Below, one piece after another: positions 1-9,150 of a stretch of 29,720 nucleotides of DNA. How positions within the stretch are numbered: the first letter of the stretch is position 1; each line of letters begins with the position of its first letter. A program made the position numbers and the translations under genes. The stretch is taken from assembly GCA_040758355.1 (NCBI GenBank), contig JBFLWF010000027.1:1-29720 (forward strand), given 5' to 3'. Under the pieces are notes generated by a model. The model was not told the origin of the DNA, searched no databases, and saw only the letters and a list, made by a program, of their open reading frames with translations. This DNA comes from Nitrospirota bacterium (GTDB lineage: Bacteria > Nitrospirota > Thermodesulfovibrionia > Thermodesulfovibrionales > Dissulfurispiraceae).

Positions 1-123
1 ACAAAATTCGTGTTATACAGAGAAGGGCTTACGGTCTCAGAGACGAGGAGTATCTGCGCCTGAAAATACTTACATGTATGCTCAAGGAGATATAAAATGA
101 CCCACTCGATTACACGAAGAGCC
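1..123 (+). mobile_element. 3' end of an ISL3-family insertion sequence (transposase C-terminus plus terminal inverted repeat)
   Basis: Frame 3..95 reads KIRVIQRRAYGLRDEEYLRLKILTCMLKEI*, matching the ISL3 transposase C-terminal pattern (NNKIKVIKRRAYGFR...). The element ends ...TACACGAAGAGCC, i.e. GGCTCT on the other strand, typical of ISL3 termini. It is the exact reverse complement of 29594..29716. Confidence 0.9.
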
Positions 124-709
124 AAAAATAGTTTCCCTTCCTATACCACTCAATCGAATCAAGCTTTTTTATTGTTCTCTCATAATCTTCTATCTTCTTT
201 GCCTCTATCTTTACATCTCGCTTCTTGGCTTTTGCTAATGCCTCAAGCTCTTTCCTCAGCCTCTCATTTTCTTTTACAAGTTCTTCAGCTTTTTTGCGGG
301 ACTCTTCAAGCTCCTTTGCCTTATATTTGTCGTCAATGATTTTCTTGAGTGTCTTCTGTGCTTCTATCGGGTCTGCCGAGACCTTTGCCTTGAGCCAATA
401 GGTCTTGCCATCCCATTTCTCCTCTATCACCTCTGCTGAGACTATGCCTGCTGAATATGTCGTTACCTGATCTTTTGTCAACTGCATGTTTTTGACTTCG
501 GTTTCACTTATTAAGTATGTGCCGAATTCTTCAAGAAGCAGCCTCTTTACCATCTCAAGCGAAATCGTTCTGCTTGAATGCTTGCTGTCAAGCTCGCTTG
601 CCTGATAGGTATATTCTTTTACAAAGGTAACTTTTTCAGCGTGGGATAATCCGGCAGACAGGAATATAACGAGAACGCATGCAAGAAAAATTTTCATAAA
701 ATATCGCAT
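110..709 (-). pseudogene. Secreted coiled-coil protein, probably TPR-containing, truncated by the IS at position 123/124
   Basis: Signal peptide (MKIFLACVLVIFLSAGLSHA), a long E/K coiled coil, then SIEWYRKGNYF, which looks like the start of a TPR helix. The terminal WLFV* is read across the junction into the IS end. Confidence 0.7.
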
Positions 710-808
710 ATAATTCCCCCTTGCTTCAATTATAGGAGAATTATATCAGCTTTCATGAAAGAATGGAGGTGAAAATTACCCTAAAGTCATTGGCTATTCA
801 CAAACCGC

Positions 809-838
809 TTTACAAAGGCATACCCCATAATTTAGAAT
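809..838 (+). promoter_or_regulatory. Putative sigma70 promoter of the toxin-antitoxin operon, probably leaderless
   Basis: TTTACA (809-814), 18 nt, TAGAAT (833-838). ATG follows 6 nt later at 845 with no Shine-Dalgarno. Confidence 0.5.
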
Positions 839-844
839 TTTATT

Positions 845-1120
845 ATGACAACGGCAACCGAATATAAATATATCGTAAAAGACGATGCGCTCCTCGGCGG
901 AGAGCCTGTAATCAAAGGGACAAGAACCTCTGTACGGGCTATCGTCGAAAACTGGCGACTCGGCTTATCGCCTGAAGAGATCGTGATTCACATGCCGCAT
1001 CTTACCCTCGCGCAGGTTTTTGAAGCGCTTAGCTATTACAGCGACCATCAGGAAGAGATCAACGAATACATTGAAAAAAATCAGATTCCCGGCGATAAAA
1101 TTCACCCCTCAGTAAAGTGA
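845..1120 (+). CDS. DUF433 family antitoxin
   Basis: GGEPVIKGTRTSV...GLSPEEI...PHLTLAQVFEALSYY is the DUF433 signature; overlaps the next ORF by 4 nt. Confidence 0.9.
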   Translation: MTTATEYKYIVKDDALLGGEPVIKGTRTSVRAIVENWRLGLSPEEIVIHMPHLTLAQVFEALSYYSDHQEEINEYIEKNQIPGDKIHPSVK

Positions 1121-1452
1121 TATCCATATACTGCGATGAAGATGTAGATATTCTTGTAAAACCGCTCCTTGAAGCTAAGGGTTTTAAAGTTTTCACAACG
1201 CTCGAAGAGCAAATGCTTAGCGCCCCAGATATACAACAGATAGATCATTCCATAAGAAAAGAATGCGTATTCCTTACTCACAACAGAATAGATTTTGAAC
1301 GCTTATACACAAATCTCATGAATGAGGGGAAAAATCATTCAGGTGTTATTATAGCAACGAGAAGAAATGTCTATGAACTTGCGAGAAGAATCGCAAAAGT
1401 TCTATCAGGGTACACGAAAGAGACTATTAAGAATCAATTGCTCTATATTTAA
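1117..1452 (+). CDS. DUF5615 / VapC45-like PIN-domain toxin
   Basis: IYCDEDV...D..Q...VFLTHNRIDF...HSGVII pattern; paired with DUF433. Confidence 0.85.
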   Translation: MISIYCDEDVDILVKPLLEAKGFKVFTTLEEQMLSAPDIQQIDHSIRKECVFLTHNRIDFERLYTNLMNEGKNHSGVIIATRRNVYELARRIAKVLSGYTKETIKNQLLYI

Positions 1453-1488
1453 CGCCATGTCTTATCTGGTAAAGCCTAATTCCTTAAA

Positions 1489-1518
1489 TTGACAGAAAAT
1501 CATACCCTTTCATATACT
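1489..1518 (+). promoter_or_regulatory. Putative sigma70 promoter for the lsrF operon
   Basis: TTGACA (1489-1494), 18 nt, TATACT (1513-1518); AGGAGG Shine-Dalgarno before the ATG at 1551. Confidence 0.65.
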
Positions 1519-1550
1519 ATTCGCTATATATTTCATCAGGAGGGCTGAAT

Positions 1551-2369
1551 ATGGACTTCGGACTTAAAAACAGGCTTTCAAAAATCTTTAATCCCAGGAC
1601 AGGAAAAACGGTGATGCTCGCCGTTGACCACGGCTATTTTCAGGGGCCTACAACAGGCTTAAAAGACATGAAGAATATCATCCCCCTTATCCCTAATGCG
1701 GATTGTTTATTTGTAACAAGGGGAATTTTAAGGACATCCATAGACCCTAAAACCGAGACTTCAATATGTTTAAGAGTATCAGGCGGACCGAGCATCTTGG
1801 GAGAATTATCCAATGAAGATATTATCGTCTCGATGGAGGAGGCTGTCAGGCTTAATGCCTCAGGCGTTGGAATGTCCATATTTGTGGGCGCATCGAATGA
1901 AGACAGGACAATATCTAATTTAGGAAGACTGGTGAACGAGGCTGAAAGATACAATATGCCCGTGCTCGCTATAACGGCAGTGGGCAAGGAAATGGTAAGG
2001 GATTCACGGTATCTCGGACTGGCATGCAGGATGGCTGCGGAGATAGGTGCGCACTTCGTTAAGACCTATTACTGCGATGATTTTCATAAAGTGGTCGAAG
2101 GTTGCCCTGTGCCGATCGTTATAGCAGGAGGCAAGAAGATACCCGAGATGGATGCGCTCGTGATGACAGAGAATGCCATTAAGGCAGGCGCAAAGGGCGT
2201 TGATATGGGAAGAAATATATTCCAGAGCGACAGCCCTATCGGCATGATAAAGGCAGTAAGAGCCATTGTCCATAAAGGCGCTTCTGCTCAGGAGGCATAT
2301 GAGATTTATCAAAAAAGCAAAAAATCATCTGCCGTAGAAATGGCTGATACGGCTATGGAAAAGGTATAA
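1551..2369 (+). CDS. lsrF: LsrF-like thiolase (DhnA/class I aldolase fold)
   Basis: MDFGLKNRLSKIF..TGKTVMLAVDHGYFQGPTTGL, VKTYY Lys motif, PIVIAGGKK, GVDMGRNIFQS. Confidence 0.88.
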   Translation: MDFGLKNRLSKIFNPRTGKTVMLAVDHGYFQGPTTGLKDMKNIIPLIPNADCLFVTRGILRTSIDPKTETSICLRVSGGPSILGELSNEDIIVSMEEAVRLNASGVGMSIFVGASNEDRTISNLGRLVNEAERYNMPVLAITAVGKEMVRDSRYLGLACRMAAEIGAHFVKTYYCDDFHKVVEGCPVPIVIAGGKKIPEMDALVMTENAIKAGAKGVDMGRNIFQSDSPIGMIKAVRAIVHKGASAQEAYEIYQKSKKSSAVEMADTAMEKV

Positions 2370-2370
2370 A

Positions 2371-3405
2371 TTGAAAGTAGCGGTATATTACAGCAATGAC
2401 GATGTAAGGATCGAAGAACGGCCTGTTCCCCGTATAAACGACGGCGAGATACTCGTAAAAATGATGGCATCGGGAATCTGCGGTACCGATGTAATGCAGT
2501 GGTACAGGCAGAAAAAGGCCCCGCGTGTTCTTGGTCATGAGATGGCAGGCGAGATTGTCGAGGTCGGAAAAGAGCTATCAGCCATCAGCCATCAGCCATC
2601 AGCATTTAAAGTTGGCGACAGGGTCTTCGTATCTCATCATGTGCCATGTTATAACTGCCGTTATTGCAATAGCGGTAATTATACTGCATGCGAATCGCTG
2701 CACGCCGGGAATTATGAGCCCGGAGGTTTTTCAGAATATATAAGGGTTCCGGCCCAAAATGTGAAATACGGAACTTTCATTCTTCCAGACAACATGACTT
2801 ACGAAGAGGCTGCAATGATAGAACCTCTTGCGTGTGTGGTAGCCGGCCAGAAACATATCGAAATAAAAAGGGGTCAGACAGTTCTCATGATAGGCTCGGG
2901 CATGTCAGGCCTGCTTCACATCCAGATGGCCAAATCAAAAGGAGCTACAGTGGTTGCAACCGATATTAATAAATACAGGCTGGATAAGGCAACGGAGTTC
3001 GGAGCAGACTATGTCTTTGACGCTAATGAATATTCTGCGGAAAATCTTAAAGAGATAAATAAAGACAATCTTGCAGAACATGTCATTGTATGCGCTGGAG
3101 CAAAAAAAGCGGTTAATGATGCTGTATCTTCAGTGGACAGAAAAGGGAAAATACTCTTCTTCGCGGTGCCGGAAGGAGATATAAGCATACCTTCGACAAG
3201 GTTCTGGAGAGACGAGATAACAGCCACATTTTCATACGGAGCCTCACCCGATGACCTCAAAATCGCTATGGAGATGATCCAGAGCGGAACGATTAACGCA
3301 AAAAAAATGATAACGCATATGGTTCCGCTTTCTGACATACAGCGTGGATTCAAACTGGTATCTGAGGCAAAAGAATCATTAAAGGTCGTGATCATCCCTG
3401 ATTAA
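2371..3405 (+). CDS. Zn-dependent medium-chain alcohol dehydrogenase (sorbitol/threonine dehydrogenase-like)
   Basis: GICGTD, GHE, structural Zn motif CYNCRYC...C, EPLAC, GSGMSG Rossmann motif. TTG start. Contains an in-frame heptamer repeat insert. Confidence 0.9.
   Translation: MKVAVYYSNDDVRIEERPVPRINDGEILVKMMASGICGTDVMQWYRQKKAPRVLGHEMAGEIVEVGKELSAISHQPSAFKVGDRVFVSHHVPCYNCRYCNSGNYTACESLHAGNYEPGGFSEYIRVPAQNVKYGTFILPDNMTYEEAAMIEPLACVVAGQKHIEIKRGQTVLMIGSGMSGLLHIQMAKSKGATVVATDINKYRLDKATEFGADYVFDANEYSAENLKEINKDNLAEHVIVCAGAKKAVNDAVSSVDRKGKILFFAVPEGDISIPSTRFWRDEITATFSYGASPDDLKIAMEMIQSGTINAKKMITHMVPLSDIQRGFKLVSEAKESLKVVIIPD
2573..2603 (+). repeat. In-frame 7-nt tandem repeat (AGCCATC, about 4.4 units)
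   Basis: AGCTATC AGCCATC AGCCATC AGCCATC AGC, encoding LSAISHQPSA. Confidence 0.95.
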
Positions 3406-3412
3406 TAAACCC

Positions 3413-4771
3413 TTGAAAATATTCTTTTCGGGCATAGGCGGAAGCGGTGTGTCGGCAATAGCAGGCTTTATGGCTGACAAGGGCCACATTATCTCAGGCT
3501 CAGACAGGGCATTTGATAAAAACCCAGAGCATCCTTTATATAAATTGCTCAAATCAAAGGGCATCTGCATAGTTCCTCAAGATGGCAACGGGATTGACAG
3601 CTCCTTTGATTTTTCGGTATTTAGCACAGCAGTTGAACATGACCAGCCGGAGTTTCTAAAAGCAAAGTCTTTAGGAATTCCCATAAAGACAAGGCCTGAG
3701 TATCTTTCTGAAATAGTACTGGACTTTAAGACAATAGCTGTAGCAGGGACAAGCGGAAAGTCGACCACATCAGGGATGCTTGCATTCCTGATGCAAAAGT
3801 TCGGATTAAACCCGAATTTCATAGGCGGAGGAAGAGTAAAACAATTCAAGACAGGGACAAACCCGGGCAACTCAATCACGGGAAGCTCAGATATTCTCGT
3901 CATCGAGGCTTGCGAATCTGATGGTACGATTGTCAATTACAAGCCGGAGCACTCGATAATCCTGAACCTTGACTTAGACCATCACTCGATAGACAAAACT
4001 GCCATGATGTTTGAGACACTTGTTAAAAATACAGCAGATAAAATTGTTGTCAATGCAGATGATGATAATCTCAAAGATATCGACATAAAAGACACGATCA
4101 CCTTTTCCATAGATAGCCCATCAAATTACAAGGCTGATAATATTATTTATAAGCCTTTCAGCACAGACTTTTCATTAAAAGAAACAAAATTCAATCTTTC
4201 CATTCCCGGCAGGCATAATCTCTACAATGCCCTTTCATGCATTGCAATCCTGTCCGAAACGGGAATACCTATTAAAGATATTGCAGGCGTATTGCATGAA
4301 TTCAAAGGAATCGAGAGGCGGTTTGATATTCACCTGAATGACGGGAAACGACTTGTCATCGACGACTATGCGCATAATCCGCATAAAATATCATCCCTTA
4401 TGCAGACAATGAAAAACATCAAAGAAAAAATCTGCTACATATTTCAGCCTCATGGATTTGCACCAACACTAATGATGAAGAACGAATATATTGAAGCATT
4501 CACAGAAAATCTCCGCGATACCGACCACCTTATACTCCTGCCAATATTCTACGCAGGAGGCACTGTCAGCAAAGACATCTCAAGCCATGACCTTGCAGAT
4601 GGAGTAAAGGCTAAAGGGAAATCCGTTGAGGTTGTTGAAGACAGAAATGTAATTTTAAAACGACTGAATGACCAAATCAATGGATATAATAATTATGTCA
4701 TCTTTGGAGCAAGGGATGAGACGCTTTCAGACCTTGCGAGGGGAATAGCTGATTTAATCCGTTCTGCTTGA
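3413..4771 (+). CDS. MurC/Mpl-family Mur ligase (stand-alone paralog)
   Basis: GIGGSGVSAIA, SGSD, AVAGTSGKSTT P-loop, EACESD, DLDH, GIERRF, DDYAHNP, FQPH. Confidence 0.85.
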   Translation: MKIFFSGIGGSGVSAIAGFMADKGHIISGSDRAFDKNPEHPLYKLLKSKGICIVPQDGNGIDSSFDFSVFSTAVEHDQPEFLKAKSLGIPIKTRPEYLSEIVLDFKTIAVAGTSGKSTTSGMLAFLMQKFGLNPNFIGGGRVKQFKTGTNPGNSITGSSDILVIEACESDGTIVNYKPEHSIILNLDLDHHSIDKTAMMFETLVKNTADKIVVNADDDNLKDIDIKDTITFSIDSPSNYKADNIIYKPFSTDFSLKETKFNLSIPGRHNLYNALSCIAILSETGIPIKDIAGVLHEFKGIERRFDIHLNDGKRLVIDDYAHNPHKISSLMQTMKNIKEKICYIFQPHGFAPTLMMKNEYIEAFTENLRDTDHLILLPIFYAGGTVSKDISSHDLADGVKAKGKSVEVVEDRNVILKRLNDQINGYNNYVIFGARDETLSDLARGIADLIRSA

Positions 4772-6001
4772 CACATTCGGCATTCCGCCTCTTACTGTTT
4801 GAACAATAATCAAGCCCGCAAGAAAAAACAAAGCCACCGACAGCACTGCAGGACGCTGGCTTCCGAAGGTTGATGATAAATAGCCGAAGACGAGAGGGCC
4901 TAAAATAGCCGATGACTTGCCGACGAGGGAATAGACTCCGAAATATTCCGATTCCTTCCCGTCAGGGATAAACTGTGTGTAGAATGCCCTTGTTGCTGCC
5001 TGAACAGTGCCGAGACCCAAACCTGCAATAGAGGCAATTATAAAGAAATGTGTTTTAATTTGAACAAAAAATGCTGCAATTGATACGGCAATCCACATGA
5101 CCAAAGACAGGATGACCACTTTTTTGGGTCCCCAATAATCTATCGGCTTTGCCATCAAAAAAGCTCCGATAAGTGCCGTAGCCTGGACAATAAGATACAT
5201 GCCTATTAATTCTTCAGGTTTAAATTGGAGGGTCGTTGCAGCGAATATGCTCGAAAAGACTATAACAGTATTCACTCCATCCTCATAAATGAGATATGCC
5301 ATTAAAAATTTCCTCTGTTCTTTATTAGCCCAGATTTTTTTTAATGTCTGCCATGTATACCTAAGTCCATCCATTGCTGCACCGCATAAGGTAGACGAAG
5401 TACCCATTATGAAATCACCCCTTTTTACATCCGGCGGTAAAAATAAAAACGCAGGCAGGGAAAAAATACCGAAGAACATAGCTACCATAGGCCATGTCAT
5501 GCTCATGAACCCCTGTTTTATCAAAAACAGAGCCAGCAATAAAGAGATTATGGAACCTGCATATCCAACTCCAAAACCCCACGCCGATACCCTCCCCTGA
5601 TGCGTTGTTTCGGTTATCTCCGGCAAAAATGAATTATAAAAAACAAGACCGCCCTCCATGCCTATGTTGGCAAGGACAATAAGGATAAATCCTTCGATGA
5701 CCATTCCTTTGTGAAGAAAATAAAACGAAACAACAGATGAAATACAAAAGAGGGTATAAAAGATGAGCAGCCTCTTTCTTATCCTTGCGTAATCTGCTAT
5801 CCCGCCGAGAAATGGCGAGCTTATGGCCACAACTGCCATGCTTACTGCTATTGCCCTTCCCCACCATAGATCACCGAGACCTGTTTCATTGCCGACTATC
5901 ACATTCGCATAATAGACAGGAAAGATCACAGCAGCTATAACGGCAGAGTAGCTCGAATTGGCAAAATCAAATAGACACCATGAAAGGATTTTTCTATTCA
6001 T
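4754..6001 (-). CDS. MFS transporter (UMF1/BtlA/Atg22-like)
   Basis: SWCLFDFANS, SPFLGGIAD, FYNSFLP, GRVSAWGFGVGY, EYFGVY; about 12 hydrophobic segments. Confidence 0.88.
   Translation of the reverse strand: MNRKILSWCLFDFANSSYSAVIAAVIFPVYYANVIVGNETGLGDLWWGRAIAVSMAVVAISSPFLGGIADYARIRKRLLIFYTLFCISSVVSFYFLHKGMVIEGFILIVLANIGMEGGLVFYNSFLPEITETTHQGRVSAWGFGVGYAGSIISLLLALFLIKQGFMSMTWPMVAMFFGIFSLPAFLFLPPDVKRGDFIMGTSSTLCGAAMDGLRYTWQTLKKIWANKEQRKFLMAYLIYEDGVNTVIVFSSIFAATTLQFKPEELIGMYLIVQATALIGAFLMAKPIDYWGPKKVVILSLVMWIAVSIAAFFVQIKTHFFIIASIAGLGLGTVQAATRAFYTQFIPDGKESEYFGVYSLVGKSSAILGPLVFGYLSSTFGSQRPAVLSVALFFLAGLIIVQTVRGGMPNVSSRTD
5385..5411. repeat. 27-nt palindromic element inside the central loop of the MFS gene
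   Basis: CATAA-GGTA-GA-CGAAG-TACC-CA-TTATG: nested inverted repeats with a C(GAA)G core; length is a multiple of 3. Confidence 0.55.
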
Positions 6002-6701
6002 CTATTAACTTTTTGAGCGCCTCTTTTGCTGCAGACATCTGGGCATCCTTCTTGCTCTTTCCTGTGCCGCTTCCATACAACCGACCGTTTATATAAACCT
6101 CTGCAGTGAAGATCTTTTTGTGTTCTTCCCCTTCCTGTTTTACAATCCTGTATTCGGGCAGGACGCCAAAGAGGCTCTGGCTTTTCTCCTGCAATTCGCT
6201 CTTGAAATCATACCCCTCTTTTTTGGAGATTATGCTATCAATCTTATCGCTGAAAAGCCTTAATATCACAGACTTTGCAGTCCCATAATCGCTGTCTAAA
6301 AATATGGCTCCAAATAAGGCTTCCACTGCATCGGAGAGAATGGACCTCTTGTGGCGGCCTCCTGTTGATTCTTCTCCCCTGCCGAGTCTTAGATATTTTC
6401 CGAGTGAAAGCCTTGCGGCTGTCTCAAAAAGCACCGACTCCTTTACCAGGTAGGATTTCATCTTCGACATGTCTGCCTCTGTTAACGGGATATCGTTAAG
6501 GAAAAGGGACTCAGCAATAACAAGACCTAAAACAGAGTCGCCGAGAAACTCGAGCCTTTCATTGTAGCGGGGAGCTTCGTCTGGATTCTCATGATGGTAT
6601 GATTTGTGCGTGAGGGCATCTACCAATAAATCCTTATTGCTAAAGCGATACCCTAAAAGGTCCTCAAGCCCCTCTATATCTTTTGAATAATAGGCAGGCA
6701 T
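5994..6701 (-). CDS. rnc: Ribonuclease III
   Basis: [18 protein letters not shown] signature, [15 protein letters not shown]-terminal dsRBD. Start placed at MPAYY (6701), overlapping the fabF end; the longer start at 6779 is unlikely. Confidence 0.95.
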   Translation of the reverse strand: MPAYYSKDIEGLEDLLGYRFSNKDLLVDALTHKSYHHENPDEAPRYNERLEFLGDSVLGLVIAESLFLNDIPLTEADMSKMKSYLVKESVLFETAARLSLGKYLRLGRGEESTGGRHKRSILSDAVEALFGAIFLDSDYGTAKSVILRLFSDKIDSIISKKEGYDFKSELQEKSQSLFGVLPEYRIVKQEGEEHKKIFTAEVYINGRLYGSGTGKSKKDAQMSAAKEALKKLIDE

Positions 6702-7914
6702 TGGTTCCACCAAAACCGAATGAATTGGACATTGCGCACTCAACATCCATCTGTTTTGCCTTATTGGGTGCATAGTCAAGGTCGCATTCGGGATCGGGAT
6801 TTTCGAGGTTTATTGTCGGAGGCACAATGTTGTTATGGATGCTCAATATGGAGAAAATCGCTTCCACTCCGCCTGCAGCGCCGAGGAGATGTCCTGTCAT
6901 GGATTTTGTTGAGCTTACGCATAACTTATATGCGTGTTCGCCAAAGACCGTTTTAATTGCCGCTGTCTCCAGCTCATCTCCATACTTTGTCGATGTTCCA
7001 TGTGCATTGATATAATTTACCCTTTCCGGTTCAATCCCGGCATCCTTTAAAGCCGCCCTCATGCAACGTGCAGCACCCTCTCCTTCAGGGGCCGGAGTTG
7101 TAATGTGATAGGCATCGCTGGACATCCCATAGCCTATAATCTCGGCATATATCTTTGCTCCCCTGTTAAGGGCACTCTCAAGGCTCTCAAGGATTATCAC
7201 TCCCGAGCCTTCTCCCATGACAAAACCGTCCCTTCCGGCATCAAATGGTCTGCTTGCTTTCTCGGGTTCGTCATTTCTTGTTGACAATGCCTTCATGACA
7301 GCAAATCCGCCGACTCCGAGGGGAGTTATAACAGACTCGGTTCCGCCTGCAATCATTACATCGGCATCGCCACGCTGGATTATCTTAAATGAATCGCCGA
7401 TGGAATGGCTGCCTGTTGCGCAAGCCGTGACAGCAGCAGAATTGGGTCCCTTTGCACCGAATTTTATGGATACATTGCCTGATGCAAGGTTGATAATGAG
7501 CATAGGGATAAAGAAGGGGGATATCCTTCTGTATCCCTTTTCGAGATATATCTTGTGGTAATGCTCGATGGCCGGGAGACCTCCCATGCCGGCACCGATA
7601 ATGACACCGACCCTTTCGGCATTCTCATCGGTAATCTTCAGTCCCGAATCCTCAGCAGCCATTGTGGCAGCAGCCATGGCAAAATGGATAAACCTGTCCA
7701 TCTTTTTTATCTCTTTTGCCTCGATATATGGGGCGGGGTCAAATCCTTTAACCTCGCCGGCAATACGCACAGGCATCTGAGAGGCATCAAACTGCGTTAT
7801 AGGGACTATCCCTGATCTGCCTTCAAGGGCAGACTTCCATGAAGCCTCCACACCTATTCCAAGGGGCGTTACAAGACCAAGCCCTGTGACTACTACACTT
7901 CTTTTTTCTATCAT
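6664..7914 (-). CDS. fabF: 3-oxoacyl-ACP synthase II
   Basis: VVVTGLG, TACATG catalytic Cys, [29 protein letters not shown]. Confidence 0.97.
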   Translation of the reverse strand: MIEKRSVVVTGLGLVTPLGIGVEASWKSALEGRSGIVPITQFDASQMPVRIAGEVKGFDPAPYIEAKEIKKMDRFIHFAMAAATMAAEDSGLKITDENAERVGVIIGAGMGGLPAIEHYHKIYLEKGYRRISPFFIPMLIINLASGNVSIKFGAKGPNSAAVTACATGSHSIGDSFKIIQRGDADVMIAGGTESVITPLGVGGFAVMKALSTRNDEPEKASRPFDAGRDGFVMGEGSGVIILESLESALNRGAKIYAEIIGYGMSSDAYHITTPAPEGEGAARCMRAALKDAGIEPERVNYINAHGTSTKYGDELETAAIKTVFGEHAYKLCVSSTKSMTGHLLGAAGGVEAIFSILSIHNNIVPPTINLENPDPECDLDYAPNKAKQMDVECAMSNSFGFGGTNACLLFKRYRGA

Positions 7915-8141
7915 CCTACTTTATTCTTGATGTAATCTATTGCGTCTTTGACCTTTGCTATCTTCTCTGCATCCTCGTCAGGTATCTCGATATTGAATGC
8001 CTCTTCGAATGCCATAACGAGCTCAACGGTATCAAGGGAGTCTGCACCGAGGTCTTCAACGAATGATGCCTCCGGTGTTACCTCTGATTGGTCAACGCCA
8101 AGCTGCTTCGATATGATCTCCTTTACTTTTTCGTCTACCAT
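7911..8141 (-). CDS. acpP: Acyl carrier protein
   Basis: [25 protein letters not shown] Shine-Dalgarno. Confidence 0.97.
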   Translation of the reverse strand: MVDEKVKEIISKQLGVDQSEVTPEASFVEDLGADSLDTVELVMAFEEAFNIEIPDEDAEKIAKVKDAIDYIKNKVG

Positions 8142-8162
8142 TATTACCTCCGTTTTATTATT

Positions 8163-8223
8163 TAGGCTATAGGCTATAGGCTATAAAAATAAAATTATAC
8201 CTATAACCTATTGCCCATTGCCT
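8163..8223. repeat. Inverted pair of 7-nt tandem arrays between fabG and acpP
   Basis: (AGGCTAT)x3, AT-rich spacer, then ACCTATA ACCTATT GCCCATT GCCT, a degenerate reverse complement of the left unit. Confidence 0.85.
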
Positions 8224-8225
8224 GC

Positions 8226-8960
8226 TTACATATACATTCCGCCGTTTACGTGTATCACCTGACCTGTTACATAGCCCGATTCGGGCGATGCAAAGAATGC
8301 AACTGCACTGGCGACATCGTCCACAGTACCGAATTTATTCATGGGAATAGTCTTGAGCATCTCCTGCCTTACATTTTCAGGCAGTGCATCTGTCATGGCT
8401 GTCGTAATAAAGCCGGGCGCAACGGCATTCACTGTAATCCCCCTGCTCGCATATTCCTTTGCAATGGTCTTTGTCAGGCCGACCATTCCTGCCTTGGAAG
8501 CGCTGTAGTTGGCCTGTCCCGGATTGCCCATAAATGCTACAACAGAGGCGATATTGATGATCCTGCCGTAGCGCTGCTTTGACATAACTTTAACAGCTTC
8601 CTTTGAACAAAGGAAAGTCCCCTTCAGGTTGATATTCATTACGGCATCCCAGTCTTCCTCTTTCATCCTGAGCAAAAGGCCGTCCCTTGTAATTCCTGCA
8701 TTGTTGACAAGTATCTCGACCTTGCCGAATTCCTTAACAGCGTTTTCAAAAATGGCAGCCACATCCGATGAATTTGAGACATCCGCCTTTAGTGCAATGC
8801 TCTTTATGCCTATTTTCTCCAGCTCCGAGGATGTTTCTTTTGCGATGTCCATATTTACATCAACAACAACGATATTCACCCCGCGCCTTGCAAGTGATTC
8901 TGCTATGGCCTTGCCGATGCCCCGGCCTCCGCCTGTTATTAGTGCTGTATGTCCATTCAT
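8226..8960 (-). CDS. fabG: 3-oxoacyl-ACP reductase
   Basis: TGGGRGIG, NNAGITRD, YSASK, NAVAPGFI, VNGGMYM. Start at 8960 follows a GGAGG Shine-Dalgarno. Confidence 0.96.
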   Translation of the reverse strand: MNGHTALITGGGRGIGKAIAESLARRGVNIVVVDVNMDIAKETSSELEKIGIKSIALKADVSNSSDVAAIFENAVKEFGKVEILVNNAGITRDGLLLRMKEEDWDAVMNINLKGTFLCSKEAVKVMSKQRYGRIINIASVVAFMGNPGQANYSASKAGMVGLTKTIAKEYASRGITVNAVAPGFITTAMTDALPENVRQEMLKTIPMNKFGTVDDVASAVAFFASPESGYVTGQVIHVNGGMYM

Positions 8961-8973
8961 AATAACCTCCACA

Positions 8974-9067
8974 TTGAGTCATTAAGTAATTAAGTTATTA
9001 AATAATTGAGTTGCTGAGTTATTACTTTTAGTTATTGACTTAATGACTTATTAACTTAATTACTTAA
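8974..9067. repeat. Inverted pair of 8-nt tandem arrays directly upstream of fabG
   Basis: TTGAGTCA TTAAGTAA TTAAGTTA TTAAATAA TTGAGTTG CTGAGTTA, 14-nt spacer, TGACTTAA TGACTTAT TAACTTAA TTACTTAA. Confidence 0.9.
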
Positions 9068-9150
9068 CCAAAAAGTCGGCTATCATTGTAGCAGAGAACC
9101 GACCCCATTTTCCAGTCATTTTTGTCCATAATCTGTAAAGAGAAACTTAA

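Noticed and set aside
97..339. 80-aa plus-strand ORF starting in the IS end
   Set aside because: Antisense shadow of the E/K-rich coiled coil; low-complexity L/S sequence.
4657..4688. Possible degenerate octamer repeat (AAAACGAC TGAATGAC CAAATCAA) in the Mur ligase
   Set aside because: Too degenerate to distinguish from chance without an ortholog alignment.
8974..9067. Repeat arrays as CRISPR
   Set aside because: Units are 7-8 nt and contiguous, with no unique spacers and no cas genes.
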